From: an uncultured Gemmatimonadales bacterium
GTDB lineage: Bacteria > Gemmatimonadota > Gemmatimonadetes > Longimicrobiales > RSA9
Assembly: GCA_963816355.1 (NCBI GenBank)
Contig: CAWFKH010000002.1
Coordinates: 32,001 to 96,000, forward strand
DNA: 64,000 bases
Direction of reading: 5' to 3'
Position 1 is the stretch's first letter. Each line of letters opens with the position of its first letter. Under the pieces are notes generated by a model. That model was given only the letters and a program-made list of their open reading frames with translations. It did not search any database and had not been told where the DNA came from. Of the stretch, positions 20,583 to 29,601 are shown in pieces. The translations under genes and the position numbers were made by a program.

Positions 20583-21314
20583 TCAGTCCAGCTTCAGCGC
20601 GCGATAGTGATCCGGCCCCGCCGCCTCGACAAAGAGGATTACGCGGCCGCCGCGCAGGGAGGGGCGCAGCCGCCGTCCCACGACCACCGCGACGTCGTCC
20701 GCGAGCGGTGCTTCGCTTCCCGGGACGTGAACCGCGTCGACGCCGCGGCGCAGGACCTCCTCCACGCGCCGCACGCCGCCGAAGTGGTCCGGCCACGGCC
20801 ACCCGGCGCGGTGCACCACCCGGCCGTCGTCGCCGCTCGCGCGGAGGCCGACGGCGGCGAGCGCGCCGATCACGCCGTCGCGCGTGCCCGCCAGGCCCTC
20901 CAGCCGCGCGCCGCACGACGCCGCCACCCGCTGCGCCTCCGCCTGCGTGGTCCGCTCGCGCTGGCACGCGCGGCCGAATTCCGTCGCCGCCGCCACGCCC
21001 GCCGCGCCCGCCGCCGCGGGCTCCAGCACGCAGAATCCCGGGTCGGCGCCGCGCGGCGCGAACGCGAGAACGGCGCGCCGCAGCAGGCGCAGCAGCGGCT
21101 CCAGCTCGGCGTCGCCCGCCGCCTCGAGCGCCAGCGATGCGGCGCCGTTCCGGGTGGTGTACGGGATGTCGGAGCGCTGCAGGAGCTGGTGCCGCGCGGC
21201 GCAGTGCAGGCCGAAGCCGGGAGGCAGCGCGCCGCCGAGGCGCCGGGCGAGCTGGTTCGTCCCGGGGGTGCCGACGACGTCCGTGTCGTCGAGCCCCACC
21301 AGGATTCGCCTCAC
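20583..21314 (-). CDS. Stand-alone TiaS N-terminal (DDTD) kinase-like domain protein
   Basis: ILVGLDDTD...GTNQLA, HQL...IPYTTRNGAA, ADPG, GVIGALAAVG. GTG overlaps the stop of the upstream gene (GTGA). Confidence 0.8.
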   Translation of the reverse strand: MRRILVGLDDTDVVGTPGTNQLARRLGGALPPGFGLHCAARHQLLQRSDIPYTTRNGAASLALEAAGDAELEPLLRLLRRAVLAFAPRGADPGFCVLEPAAAGAAGVAAATEFGRACQRERTTQAEAQRVAASCGARLEGLAGTRDGVIGALAAVGLRASGDDGRVVHRAGWPWPDHFGGVRRVEEVLRRGVDAVHVPGSEAPLADDVAVVVGRRLRPSLRGGRVILFVEAAGPDHYRALKLD

Positions 21315-21985
21315 GCGCCGGCCTGCTCCCGCCGGCCGCGCCCGAACCACGCGACGGCGGCGAGGAGTCCCGCCAGGGCGCCCGCGGCGGCGTACGTGTA
21401 CGGCGCCACGCTCAGCCACTGCGCCAGGGACCGCGCGCCCGCGAGCGCCCGCGCGCCGAGCGGGGCGGCGAGCGCCTTCGCGCCGCCGCGCACCGCGAAC
21501 GCGATCAGGTTGGTCGCGGCGCCCGCGCCAGCGAGCGCCACGTACGCGCGCGCCCCGCCGCGCGCCACGCGCAACGCCCCGTCCATGGCGGGACCGAAGA
21601 CGACGAGCCCGGCCAGCGCGCCCGGTCCCGGCAGGTGCGCGCCGGCGGCGCCGAGCGCGGCGGCGGCGAGCGCGGCCGCCAGGCCCATGAGCGTGCCCGC
21701 GCCGCGCCGCGGCACCAGCGCCAGCCCGCAGCCGAGCGGAAGCGCGGCGAGCACCAGAGCGTGACCGGGGATGTGCAGCGGCGCGCGCACGAACGTGGTC
21801 GCCGCGGCGGCGGCGAACCCGGCCGCCGCCAGGATCGCGACTTCGGCGACGCGCGCGGCGTCCGCGGCGCGCGTCGCATCGCCCGCACCCGCGGCGTCCG
21901 CCGCCGGGGCAGGATGCGCGAGGCGAGAGAGCCGTGAGCAGCGCCGCAGCGCGGCATCGAAAGCGAACGGCGACGGCCGCGGCAT
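21311..21985 (-). CDS. Small multi-TM membrane protein, ECF S-component-like
   Basis: About 5-6 hydrophobic helices; PLHIPGHALVL and PRRGAGTLMG motifs. ATG 21985 (start uncertain). Confidence 0.7.
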   Translation of the reverse strand: MPRPSPFAFDAALRRCSRLSRLAHPAPAADAAGAGDATRAADAARVAEVAILAAAGFAAAAATTFVRAPLHIPGHALVLAALPLGCGLALVPRRGAGTLMGLAAALAAAALGAAGAHLPGPGALAGLVVFGPAMDGALRVARGGARAYVALAGAGAATNLIAFAVRGGAKALAAPLGARALAGARSLAQWLSVAPYTYAAAGALAGLLAAVAWFGRGRREQAGA

Positions 21986-22007
21986 GGAGTCCCGCTCCGG
22001 GCGGCGC

Positions 22008-22727
22008 CTAGCGCCCGCCGATGTGGTCGTCGAGGAAGGCGAGCGCGAGCGCCCACGACTGGTGCGCCGCCTCGCGGTCGTAGCGTGGCAGGCTCTCGTC
22101 GAAGAAGCTGTGCTGCGCGTGGGAGAAGACGACGCTCGCGTAGCGCTTCTCCGCGGCACGCAGCGCGTCCTCCACCGCGCGCACGTGCTCCGGCAGGATG
22201 CGCGCGTCCTGGCCCGCCCAGACGAGAAGCTGCGGGCCGGACAGGGCGCCGGCGCGGTCGAGGAGCGCCGGCGCGATGCCGCCGCCGTAGTACGCGATCG
22301 AAGCCGCCAGCGGCAGGACCGCGTTCGCGAGGAACGCGGCGCGGCCGCCCATGCAGAAGCCGATCGCGCCGACGTGCTCGGGAGCGATCCCGCCGGGGCC
22401 GACGAGCCACGCGTGCGCCGCGCGGAGGTCGGCGCTCTGCCCGTCGACGGTGAGCGCCTGGATCTGATCCATCGCCTCCTGCAGCCGGTCCATGCTCCCG
22501 TCGAACTCCGGCGCGTCGCGGTGGAACAGCTCGGGCGCCACCACGGTGTAGCCGAGCGCCGCGAAGCGGCCCGCCACCTCGCGCAGGTGCGCATTCACGC
22601 CGAACGCCGCCTGCAGGAGCAGCATGCCGCGGAACGGCGCATCGCCCGGTCCCGCGCGACCCCGCTCCGTCCACGCCCGCATCCGGGAGCCATCCTCCAC
22701 CTCCAGCGTGATCCACTCGCCTTCCAT
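22008..22727 (-). CDS. Dienelactone hydrolase family protein
   Basis: FGVNAH, APELF, nucleophile motif GFCMGG, YYGGG, Asp (GQD) and His (AQHSF). Confidence 0.95.
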   Translation of the reverse strand: MEGEWITLEVEDGSRMRAWTERGRAGPGDAPFRGMLLLQAAFGVNAHLREVAGRFAALGYTVVAPELFHRDAPEFDGSMDRLQEAMDQIQALTVDGQSADLRAAHAWLVGPGGIAPEHVGAIGFCMGGRAAFLANAVLPLAASIAYYGGGIAPALLDRAGALSGPQLLVWAGQDARILPEHVRAVEDALRAAEKRYASVVFSHAQHSFFDESLPRYDREAAHQSWALALAFLDDHIGGR

Positions 22728-22848
22728 GATCCCTCCCCGCTCCGCGCTTGCGCCGCGCATCGAACGTGAATCCTTTTCACCGCGTTCCGGCTCTCCATTG
22801 CAGGAGCGACGACGCTCCGCAAAACGAACGCCTGGAACCTCGGAGGTC

Positions 22849-23061
22849 ATGATGTCGAGCCGGATCTTCACCCGCAACGAGAGCTACGTGGACCGCGGCG
22901 TGCGCGTCGCGCTGGGAGTCGCACTCCTGGCCCTCTTCTTCGTCGGGCCGCACACCGCCTGGGGGCTGGTGGGCCTGGTGCCCCTCGCCACCGGCCTCCT
23001 CGGGAGCTGCCCGCTCTACACTCTCTTCGGCCTCAGCACGTGCCCGATCCAGAGCCGCTGA
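22849..23061 (+). CDS. DUF2892 (YgaP-like) small membrane protein
   Basis: NESYVDRGVRVALG...GLVPLATGLLGSCPLYTLFGLSTC; GGAGG RBS. Confidence 0.92.
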   Translation: MMSSRIFTRNESYVDRGVRVALGVALLALFFVGPHTAWGLVGLVPLATGLLGSCPLYTLFGLSTCPIQSR

Positions 23062-23606
23062 AAGCCACCGACGCCGACATCCTGCGGAGGACCGCGGCGG
23101 GCGACGGGAGCGCCTTCTCGATGCTCGTCGAACGCCACCAGCCCGCGGTCCTCCGCTTCCTCGCCGCCGTGACCGATGACGGCGACGCCGCCGAGGACGC
23201 GCTCCAGGAGACCTTCATCGCCGCCTGGCGCGCCGCCGCTTCCTTCCGCGGCGAGGACTCGGCACGTGCCTGGCTGCTCACCATCGCCCGCAACGCCGCG
23301 CGCCGGCAGCGCCGCCGCCGCTCCGGCGAGCCGTCCCGCTTCGTACCGCTCGACGAGCTCGCCACGTCCGCCGGGTGGGGCGCCACCGACGACGACTTCG
23401 CCGCTCGACTCGACGCGCGCGACGCCGTCCACGCCGCGTTCCGCGCGCTGCCCGCCGAGGAGCGCGAGATCCTGACGCTACGCGAGATGGAAGGCTTCAC
23501 CGGCGACGAGGCGGCGACGATCCTCGCCCTCACGCTGCCGGCCGCGAAGAGCCGGCTGCACCGGGCCCGTCTCCACTTCATGGCGCGACTCAGGGAGGCG
23601 ACGTGA
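23040..23606 (+). CDS. ECF RNA polymerase sigma factor
   Basis: AFSMLVERH, AEDALQETF, SARAWLLTIARN, region 4 LTLREMEG...AAKSRLHRAR. Confidence 0.95.
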   Translation: MPDPEPLKATDADILRRTAAGDGSAFSMLVERHQPAVLRFLAAVTDDGDAAEDALQETFIAAWRAAASFRGEDSARAWLLTIARNAARRQRRRRSGEPSRFVPLDELATSAGWGATDDDFAARLDARDAVHAAFRALPAEEREILTLREMEGFTGDEAATILALTLPAAKSRLHRARLHFMARLREAT

Positions 23607-23887
23607 AAGCGCACGACCGCGAGGTGGCGGGGATCCGCTGCACGCAGGTCCTCGAGCTCCTCTCCGACTACGTCGACGGCCAGCTCGACGCCGTCCAGCT
23701 CGATCGCATCCGCTCGCACCTTCGCGGCTGCGACTGGTGCGAGAAGTTCGGCGGCGAGTTCGCGGCCGCCGTCGCGGCGCTGCGCACCGGCGCGAGCACC
23801 GCTCCGGACGCGGCCGCGCCCGCCGACCCCGCGCTGCGCCGTCGCCTCGACGAACGGCTCGGACGCGAGATCGGCGGGAGCGGATAG
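23603..23887 (+). CDS. Zinc-finger (ZAS, HxxxCxxC) anti-sigma factor
   Basis: CTQVLELLSDYVDGQL...HLRGCDWC; GTGA overlap with the sigma gene stop. Confidence 0.9.
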   Translation: MKAHDREVAGIRCTQVLELLSDYVDGQLDAVQLDRIRSHLRGCDWCEKFGGEFAAAVAALRTGASTAPDAAAPADPALRRRLDERLGREIGGSG

Positions 23888-23892
23888 CGCCG

Positions 23893-25341
23893 TCAGCTCT
23901 TGTCCAGCGACACCGATCCGGTCGCCGTGCCGCCGCCGTTGAAGAAGACGGTGAAGTCGATCGCGATGTGCGTCGCCGTGATCGTCCCGGTCGCGTCCCA
24001 GTGGTCGATCCCCGCCGACGGCACGTTCACGCCGTGCGCCTCCAGCTTGCCGCCGCCGTCCACCGTGAGGGTGACGTCGCCGTACACCTGGAGCGTGGCG
24101 CTGAGCGAGAAGCCGGTCTGGTCGTAGGCGGACATCGTCGACTGCTGCGGCGCGCCGCCCTGCCCCAGCACGTTGCCGGTCGAGGAGCTCGTCAGCGTCG
24201 CGGTCTGCGCCGCCTCGTCCACCGCGATCGTCAACGACGTCGTGCCGGTCGACGCGAACGTGTCGTTGCGCCACGTGCCCGCCCAGCTCCCCACGTACTG
24301 CGCCGCGTTCAGCAGCGCCTGCGCCGTCGCCGTGAAGACGACCGGATTGCCCGCGATGCCGCTGCCCTGCGCCGTCGCCGTCAGCGTGTTCGTCCCGGCG
24401 CTCGGACCGAGCGTCCACGACCCGACCCGCGCCACGCCGTCCGCCCCGGTCGTCGGCGCCGCCCCCGCGACGCTGCCGCCGCCCGCGGTCACCGCGAAGC
24501 CGACCGGCACGTCGACGACGCCGTTGCCGAAGCGGTCCGTCGCCTTCACGGCCGGCGCCACCGCCACCGCCGCGCCCGGCGCCGCGCTCTGCCCGTCCCC
24601 TTCCAACGCGGCGAGGTTCGCCGCCACGTCCGCGGTCGCGGTCGCCGAGAACGTCGCCGGATTGCCGGCGATCCCGTCGCCTGCCGCGGTCGCGGTGAGC
24701 ACGTTCTCGCCCGCCGCCGTCCCCAGCACCCAGCCGCCCACCGCCGCCTCGCCCGACGCGTCGGTCGTCTGCGTCGCGCCGGTCACCGAGCCGCCGCCGG
24801 ACGACGCCGCGAACGTCACCCCCACGCCGGCGACCGGATCACCCAGCGCGTCCGTCACGCGCACGCGCGGCGCCACCGCCACCGCCGCGCCGACGGTCGC
24901 GCTCTGGGCGTCGCCCTCCGCCTTGTCGAGCTGGGCGGCGGGGCCGGCCACGGAGGTGGCCGTGAACGTGGCCGGGCTGCCGGTCACCGACTCGCCGGCC
25001 GCCGTGGCCGTCAGGCTCTGCGCGCCCGCGGCGCCGAGCACCCAGCTGCCGACCGCCGCCGTGCCGCTCGCGTCGGTCGTCGCCGTCGCGCCGGTGACCG
25101 AGCCGCCGCCGCCGGCCACCGCGAACGTCACCGACTGGCCCGCCACCGCCGCACCGGCGTCGTCCTCGATGCGCACCGCCGGCGGCTCCACCACGGACGT
25201 GCCGGCAGTCGCGGTCTGGCCATCCCCCGCGGCCTTGCTCATGTGCAGCGTGCGCGGCGCGGTGCCGTCGGCGTCCTGCTTGCACGACGCGAAGACCGCG
25301 AGGAGGAGGAGCGTACCTGCCTGCAGGAGTCGTCTGGTCAT
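23893..25341 (-). CDS. Lipoprotein with three Ig-like (Big_1-type) repeats
   Basis: FASC lipobox; three ~100-aa repeats GDGQ.A..G..V...P.V...D..G..V....VTFA...GGGSV.GA..TT...G.A.VG.W.LG. Confidence 0.88.
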   Translation of the reverse strand: MTRRLLQAGTLLLLAVFASCKQDADGTAPRTLHMSKAAGDGQTATAGTSVVEPPAVRIEDDAGAAVAGQSVTFAVAGGGGSVTGATATTDASGTAAVGSWVLGAAGAQSLTATAAGESVTGSPATFTATSVAGPAAQLDKAEGDAQSATVGAAVAVAPRVRVTDALGDPVAGVGVTFAASSGGGSVTGATQTTDASGEAAVGGWVLGTAAGENVLTATAAGDGIAGNPATFSATATADVAANLAALEGDGQSAAPGAAVAVAPAVKATDRFGNGVVDVPVGFAVTAGGGSVAGAAPTTGADGVARVGSWTLGPSAGTNTLTATAQGSGIAGNPVVFTATAQALLNAAQYVGSWAGTWRNDTFASTGTTSLTIAVDEAAQTATLTSSSTGNVLGQGGAPQQSTMSAYDQTGFSLSATLQVYGDVTLTVDGGGKLEAHGVNVPSAGIDHWDATGTITATHIAIDFTVFFNGGGTATGSVSLDKS

Positions 25342-27551
25342 CGTTCCATGGGTTCGGGGGTGTGGATCGGCGCACGCCGCGGCGCCCGCCGCCGTCTCGC
25401 CGTCGTGGTTGCGACTTCGGGTGAAGCCATCCGGCCCGGCCACCAGTTCCAGCGCCCGGCGATGGCGAGCACGGCCGGCGCGACCACCAGGCGGACCACC
25501 GTCGCGTCGAGCGCCACCGCCACGGCGAGGACGAAGCCCAGGATCCGCATCGGCACGAGGTCGCCCGCCGCGAACGCGACGAAGATGCTCACCATGATCG
25601 CCGCCGCGCCGGTGATCACGCGCGCGCTCCGCGCGACGCCGCGGACGATCGCGGCGCCGTCGTCCGCCCCCGCGCGCCGCGCCTCGGCGATGCTGCCGAC
25701 GAGAAAGACCTCGTAGTCCATGCTGATGCCGAAGACGGCGCAGAACGCGAGCAGCAGCACGGTCGGAAAGAGGCCGTCGAGGGGACCGGCGAGGCCCGCG
25801 AGCCGCGCGCCCACGCCGTCCTGGAACACCAGCACCGCCGCGCCGAACGCCGCCGCCACCGTAAGCAGGTTCAACGCGACCGCCTTCACCGCGATCGCCA
25901 GCGAGCGGAAGCCCGCGAGCAGGACGAGGAACGTGCCCGTCACCACGAGCAGCGCCGTCGCCGGCGCGCGCCCCGCGATCGCCGCCGCGTAGTCCAGGTT
26001 GTACGCCGGCAGCCCGCCCACCTGCAGGCGCGCGCCCGCCACACCCGCGACGCGCGCCGCGTCGGCGCGCCGCACGTCGCGCACGAGGCGCGCGACGTCG
26101 GCCGCCGAAGCCGTCGCCGCCGGTGCGACCTCGAGCGCGGCGACGCTCCGGTCCCGGCTGAGGAACGCGTCCAGCACCCGGGCCGGCACCACCTGCCGCA
26201 CGATCTCCGGCCGCTGCCCGCCCGAGACGGAGCGCGCCGAGCGCACCGCGCCCACGCGCGGGTCCCGCTCCAGCCACGCCTGCACGCGCTCCAGCGCCGC
26301 CCAGCCCGCGGGGTCGAGGAGGCGCTCCCCCCGCGGCAGCGAGAGCAGCACCCGCAGCCGCTCGGCGACGCCGCCGCGGCCGATCGAATCCAGCGCGCGC
26401 AGCCCCCGCGCCGACTCCATCGACGCCGGCAGCCAGCCCGCGTCCTCGACCGCCGGCCGCATCCGCAGCGCCGGCCACGCCAGCAGCAGGAGCGGCGGCA
26501 GCGACAACGCCAGCGCGCGCCACGGCCGCCGCGTCACCCGCTCCGCCCAGTGCGCCCAGCGCGCTTCCGCCGCGGACCCCGCGTCGCTCGCGCCGCCGCG
26601 AGCCGGGAGCCGCGCGAGCGCCCCCGGCAGCAGCGTCGTCGCGCACGCGACCGCCACGGCAACCGCGAGCAGCGCGGCCACGCCCACCGAGCGCAGCTCG
26701 CCCACCGGCGCCGCCACAAGCGGCGCGAGCCCCACCGCCACGGTGGCGCCCGCCAGCGCGATCGTGCGCACGCCGCTCGCCCGCGCCGCCAGCCGCCGGC
26801 GGTGCAGCCAGAGCGCGTAGTCGATGCCGAGCGCCAGGCCGAGCAGCGACACGACGTTGCGCGCCAGCAGCGTTACCGGCACCAGCAGCGAGACGACCGC
26901 GAGGAGCCCGAGCGACACCAGCACGACCACGCCCCCGACCAGCGCCGCCACCAGAGCGCCCGCGACGCCGCCGAACGCCCACGCGCCGAGCAGCGCCGCC
27001 GCCGGCACCGCACGCGCCTCCGCCCGCCGCGCCTCGCGCGCGCCCGTGCGCCGCAGGTCCACGTCCAGCGCCGCCTGCCCGGTCCACGCGAGGTCCGCCG
27101 CCGGAAACACCGACAGCGCCCCGGCGCGCAGCCGCGCCGTCGCGCTCCGCAGCTGCGGCAGCGCCGAATCCGTCGCGACGCCGTCCCGCAGTCCGACCAG
27201 TACGAGCGCGCCCGCGCCAGAGCGGCCCACCAGCAGCGTGTCGAGCGAGCTGGCCGGCGAGAGCGTGCCCGCCACCGCCGGCAGCGCCTCCAGCGCCGCG
27301 ACAATGCGCTCCAGCGCCGCGCGGCCGCCGCGCGTGGAGACGGGCGGAAGCCCGCGCACGACGAGCAGCGCGGAGCGCGCGAACGGCGAGTCGAACTCGC
27401 TCGCGAGCCGCCGCTCGACCGCCGCCGCCTCGCTGCCCGGCGCGGCGCTGCCCGCCCGCAGCCGCCCCTCCAGCCGCTGCGCGAGCGGAAGCGCCGCGAG
27501 CGCGGCGAGCGCCCACGCCGCCACCACCAGCCCGTGCCGGTGGCGCGTCAT
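25338..27551 (-). CDS. MMPL family (RND-like) transporter
   Basis: LGLALGIDYAL, AGATVAVGL, GFRSLAIAVKAVALNLL, FGISMDYEVFL, VITGAAAIM, LDATVVRLVVAPA. Confidence 0.92.
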   Translation of the reverse strand: MTRHRHGLVVAAWALAALAALPLAQRLEGRLRAGSAAPGSEAAAVERRLASEFDSPFARSALLVVRGLPPVSTRGGRAALERIVAALEALPAVAGTLSPASSLDTLLVGRSGAGALVLVGLRDGVATDSALPQLRSATARLRAGALSVFPAADLAWTGQAALDVDLRRTGAREARRAEARAVPAAALLGAWAFGGVAGALVAALVGGVVVLVSLGLLAVVSLLVPVTLLARNVVSLLGLALGIDYALWLHRRRLAARASGVRTIALAGATVAVGLAPLVAAPVGELRSVGVAALLAVAVAVACATTLLPGALARLPARGGASDAGSAAEARWAHWAERVTRRPWRALALSLPPLLLLAWPALRMRPAVEDAGWLPASMESARGLRALDSIGRGGVAERLRVLLSLPRGERLLDPAGWAALERVQAWLERDPRVGAVRSARSVSGGQRPEIVRQVVPARVLDAFLSRDRSVAALEVAPAATASAADVARLVRDVRRADAARVAGVAGARLQVGGLPAYNLDYAAAIAGRAPATALLVVTGTFLVLLAGFRSLAIAVKAVALNLLTVAAAFGAAVLVFQDGVGARLAGLAGPLDGLFPTVLLLAFCAVFGISMDYEVFLVGSIAEARRAGADDGAAIVRGVARSARVITGAAAIMVSIFVAFAAGDLVPMRILGFVLAVAVALDATVVRLVVAPAVLAIAGRWNWWPGRMASPEVATTTARRRRAPRRAPIHTPEPMER

Positions 27552-27588
27552 CCTTGCGTGCACGCGCTCCGGGCGCCCCTGCGCCGCG

Positions 27589-28632
27589 TCAGCGCGCGCC
27601 ACCCTCGCCGCGGAAGACCGACTTCGGCATCATCACGTGCACGCCCACGTTGCCGTCGACGAGCTCCGTGATGTCCACGTCGCCCGCCACCGACGTCAGC
27701 ATGTAGGCGTCCTCGCGGCTCAGCCCCTTCGCCGCGGCGAGGAAGTCGATCATGTTGCGCACCGCCTGCTTCGTCGCCGTCACCAGGTCCGGGTCCATCC
27801 CCATGCTGATGTAGTGCGTCGGCGTCTCCGCCCGCGGCCACGCCAGGTGCATGTCCTTGCGCACCACGATCCGCAGCGTCCCGATCAGCGAGGTCTCCAG
27901 CGCCGTGATGTCCACCTCGCCGTTCCCCTGCGCCGCGTGTCCGTCCCCCACCTCCAGCAGCGCGCCCGGCACCCATACCGGGATGTAGAGCGTCGATCCC
28001 GCCGTCAGCTCCTTGTTGTCCAGGTTCCCCGCGTGCAGCGACGGCGGCGCGCTGCTCACCCTCCCCATCGAGTCCGGTGGCGCCACGCCGATCGAGCCGA
28101 AGAACGGCCGCAGCGGCACGTCGATGCCGGGCGCGAAGTGCGCCACCCCCGCCTGCGCGTCCAGCGGCACGATCTTCATGCGCCGCTCCTGGAAGTCCTC
28201 CGGCAGAAAGCCCGATGTGGGCCCGAACGCGTTGTACGCGTAGGGAATCGCCAGGTCGATCTCCTCGATGTGGACCTCCAGCACGTCCCCCGGCTCCGCC
28301 CCCTCCACGTAGATCGGGCCGTCCAGGATGTGCCCGCCCGGACCCTTGTCCTTCACCTTCTCCACCACCTCCCGCAGCGCGGGTTCCACATCCGCCGGCG
28401 CCACCCCCGCCCCCTCCAGCCGCGCCGGCGTCGACGTGATCAGCGTGTGCACCCGCACCGCGTCCCCGGAACGGATCCGCAGCACCGGCTTCGCCTTCGC
28501 CCAGTAGTAGCCGTACGCCACCGTCGACGGCGTCGGCTCCAGCACGGTCGGCTCCTGCGCCCACGCCGGCACCGCCGCGCCGAGCCCGACCAGCGCGACG
28601 ATCCATGCCGCCGTGGTCCGCCGCGTCGCCAT
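27589..28632 (-). CDS. Acetamidase/formamidase family protein with signal peptide
   Basis: GHILDGPIYVEGAEPGDVLEV, PFFGSIGVAP, AGNLDNK, GDGHAAQGNGEV; signal peptide ending AWA-Q. Start ATG 28632 (alternative 28713). Confidence 0.93.
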   Translation of the reverse strand: MATRRTTAAWIVALVGLGAAVPAWAQEPTVLEPTPSTVAYGYYWAKAKPVLRIRSGDAVRVHTLITSTPARLEGAGVAPADVEPALREVVEKVKDKGPGGHILDGPIYVEGAEPGDVLEVHIEEIDLAIPYAYNAFGPTSGFLPEDFQERRMKIVPLDAQAGVAHFAPGIDVPLRPFFGSIGVAPPDSMGRVSSAPPSLHAGNLDNKELTAGSTLYIPVWVPGALLEVGDGHAAQGNGEVDITALETSLIGTLRIVVRKDMHLAWPRAETPTHYISMGMDPDLVTATKQAVRNMIDFLAAAKGLSREDAYMLTSVAGDVDITELVDGNVGVHVMMPKSVFRGEGGAR

Positions 28633-28987
28633 CGACGCCGCCGCCGCGACGGCGGACGCCGCCGGGTGAACCGCGCCGCGATCCCGCTCCACGCACGAGT
28701 TCCGCTCCGTCATTGCACAATCCGGGAAGATTGGAGGGTTCGCCGCCCGCACGGGTCGGCTCGGCCGGCGCGCCGGCCGGCACGCGCCAGCCGGGATCGC
28801 TGCACACCCACCGGCGGCGCCGCTTCCGCGCAATAGGCGCGGCCCCTCGCCGCCGGTCAAGCGAGCCGCTCCGCGGCGCCCCGCGAGGCGCGGCCTGTCG
28901 TGGCACGCACCGCCCTTTCGCGCGGCGTTCGGCAGCGCAGCGATCCGCCCGCGCCCGCCGCGTCCACCGCGCCGGCTACATCGCTAA

Positions 28988-29012
28988 TAAACCGTTGCAG
29001 CACAACTGTTTA
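28988..29012. promoter_or_regulatory. AT-rich imperfect palindrome TAAACCGTTG-N5-CAACTGTTTA (DNA-binding protein site, IHF-like half sites)
   Basis: 9 of 10 positions complementary; lies in the divergent intergenic region. Confidence 0.5.
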
Positions 29013-29087
29013 GTGATACCATGCGAGAGCGGCGCCCGCGCTCCGCTCAAGCGCCGACGCACGGTGCGACGCACCGCGCCGCAAACC

Positions 29088-29117
29088 TTGACGCACCCTC
29101 CGATCGCGGCGTATCAT
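29088..29117 (+). promoter_or_regulatory. Putative sigma70 promoter
   Basis: TTGACG-18 nt-TATCAT, oriented toward the TonB receptor gene. Confidence 0.55.
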
Positions 29118-29601
29118 CGGGCATCTTTTCACGCACCTGGATGATTGCGGACCACGACGGCGTGATCTCTCTCCCGATGACTGGCACAGGCGCCGGCCGC
29201 CCTCACGCGCACGCGAGCGCGCGTGCCACGCCCTTGTTTGCCCGTCACGCCGGCAGGCATCGCTCGGCGCCGCCGAGCCGGTCCGAGCGGGCCCGTCACG
29301 ATCCGACGCACCCGGGCGTTCCCTTCGCGGCGGCGGCATCCCTGCCACCGTTGCGGCCTCGTTGCACAGAGACGGCTTCTTCGCGACCGGCGCCCGATAC
29401 GCTTCGGTCTCGATTCTCGACCCGTACCCCGATCCTCGTTCCCTGAACTGCGGAGAAATGCATGAGACGCGAGCCAGTTCGCCTCCCCGGCGGCCTCGCT
29501 TTGTGCGTCGTGCCGAAGTGCTCGGCCGAAGCGCACGCGCAGGGTCCAGATACCGTCACCGCTTCCCGTTCAACCCCCGCTGTCGTGCCAGGAGGTCGGT
29601 C

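Noticed and set aside
20583..21314. Calling this gene tiaS
   Set aside because: Too short for full TiaS and lacks its tRNA-binding domains; only the kinase-like domain motifs are present.
28700..29600. Known riboswitch (cobalamin, TPP, c-di-GMP) or ORFs in the long intergenic region
   Set aside because: No diagnostic conserved motifs recognised by eye; the ORFs have atypical composition. An Rfam scan is needed to exclude this fully.
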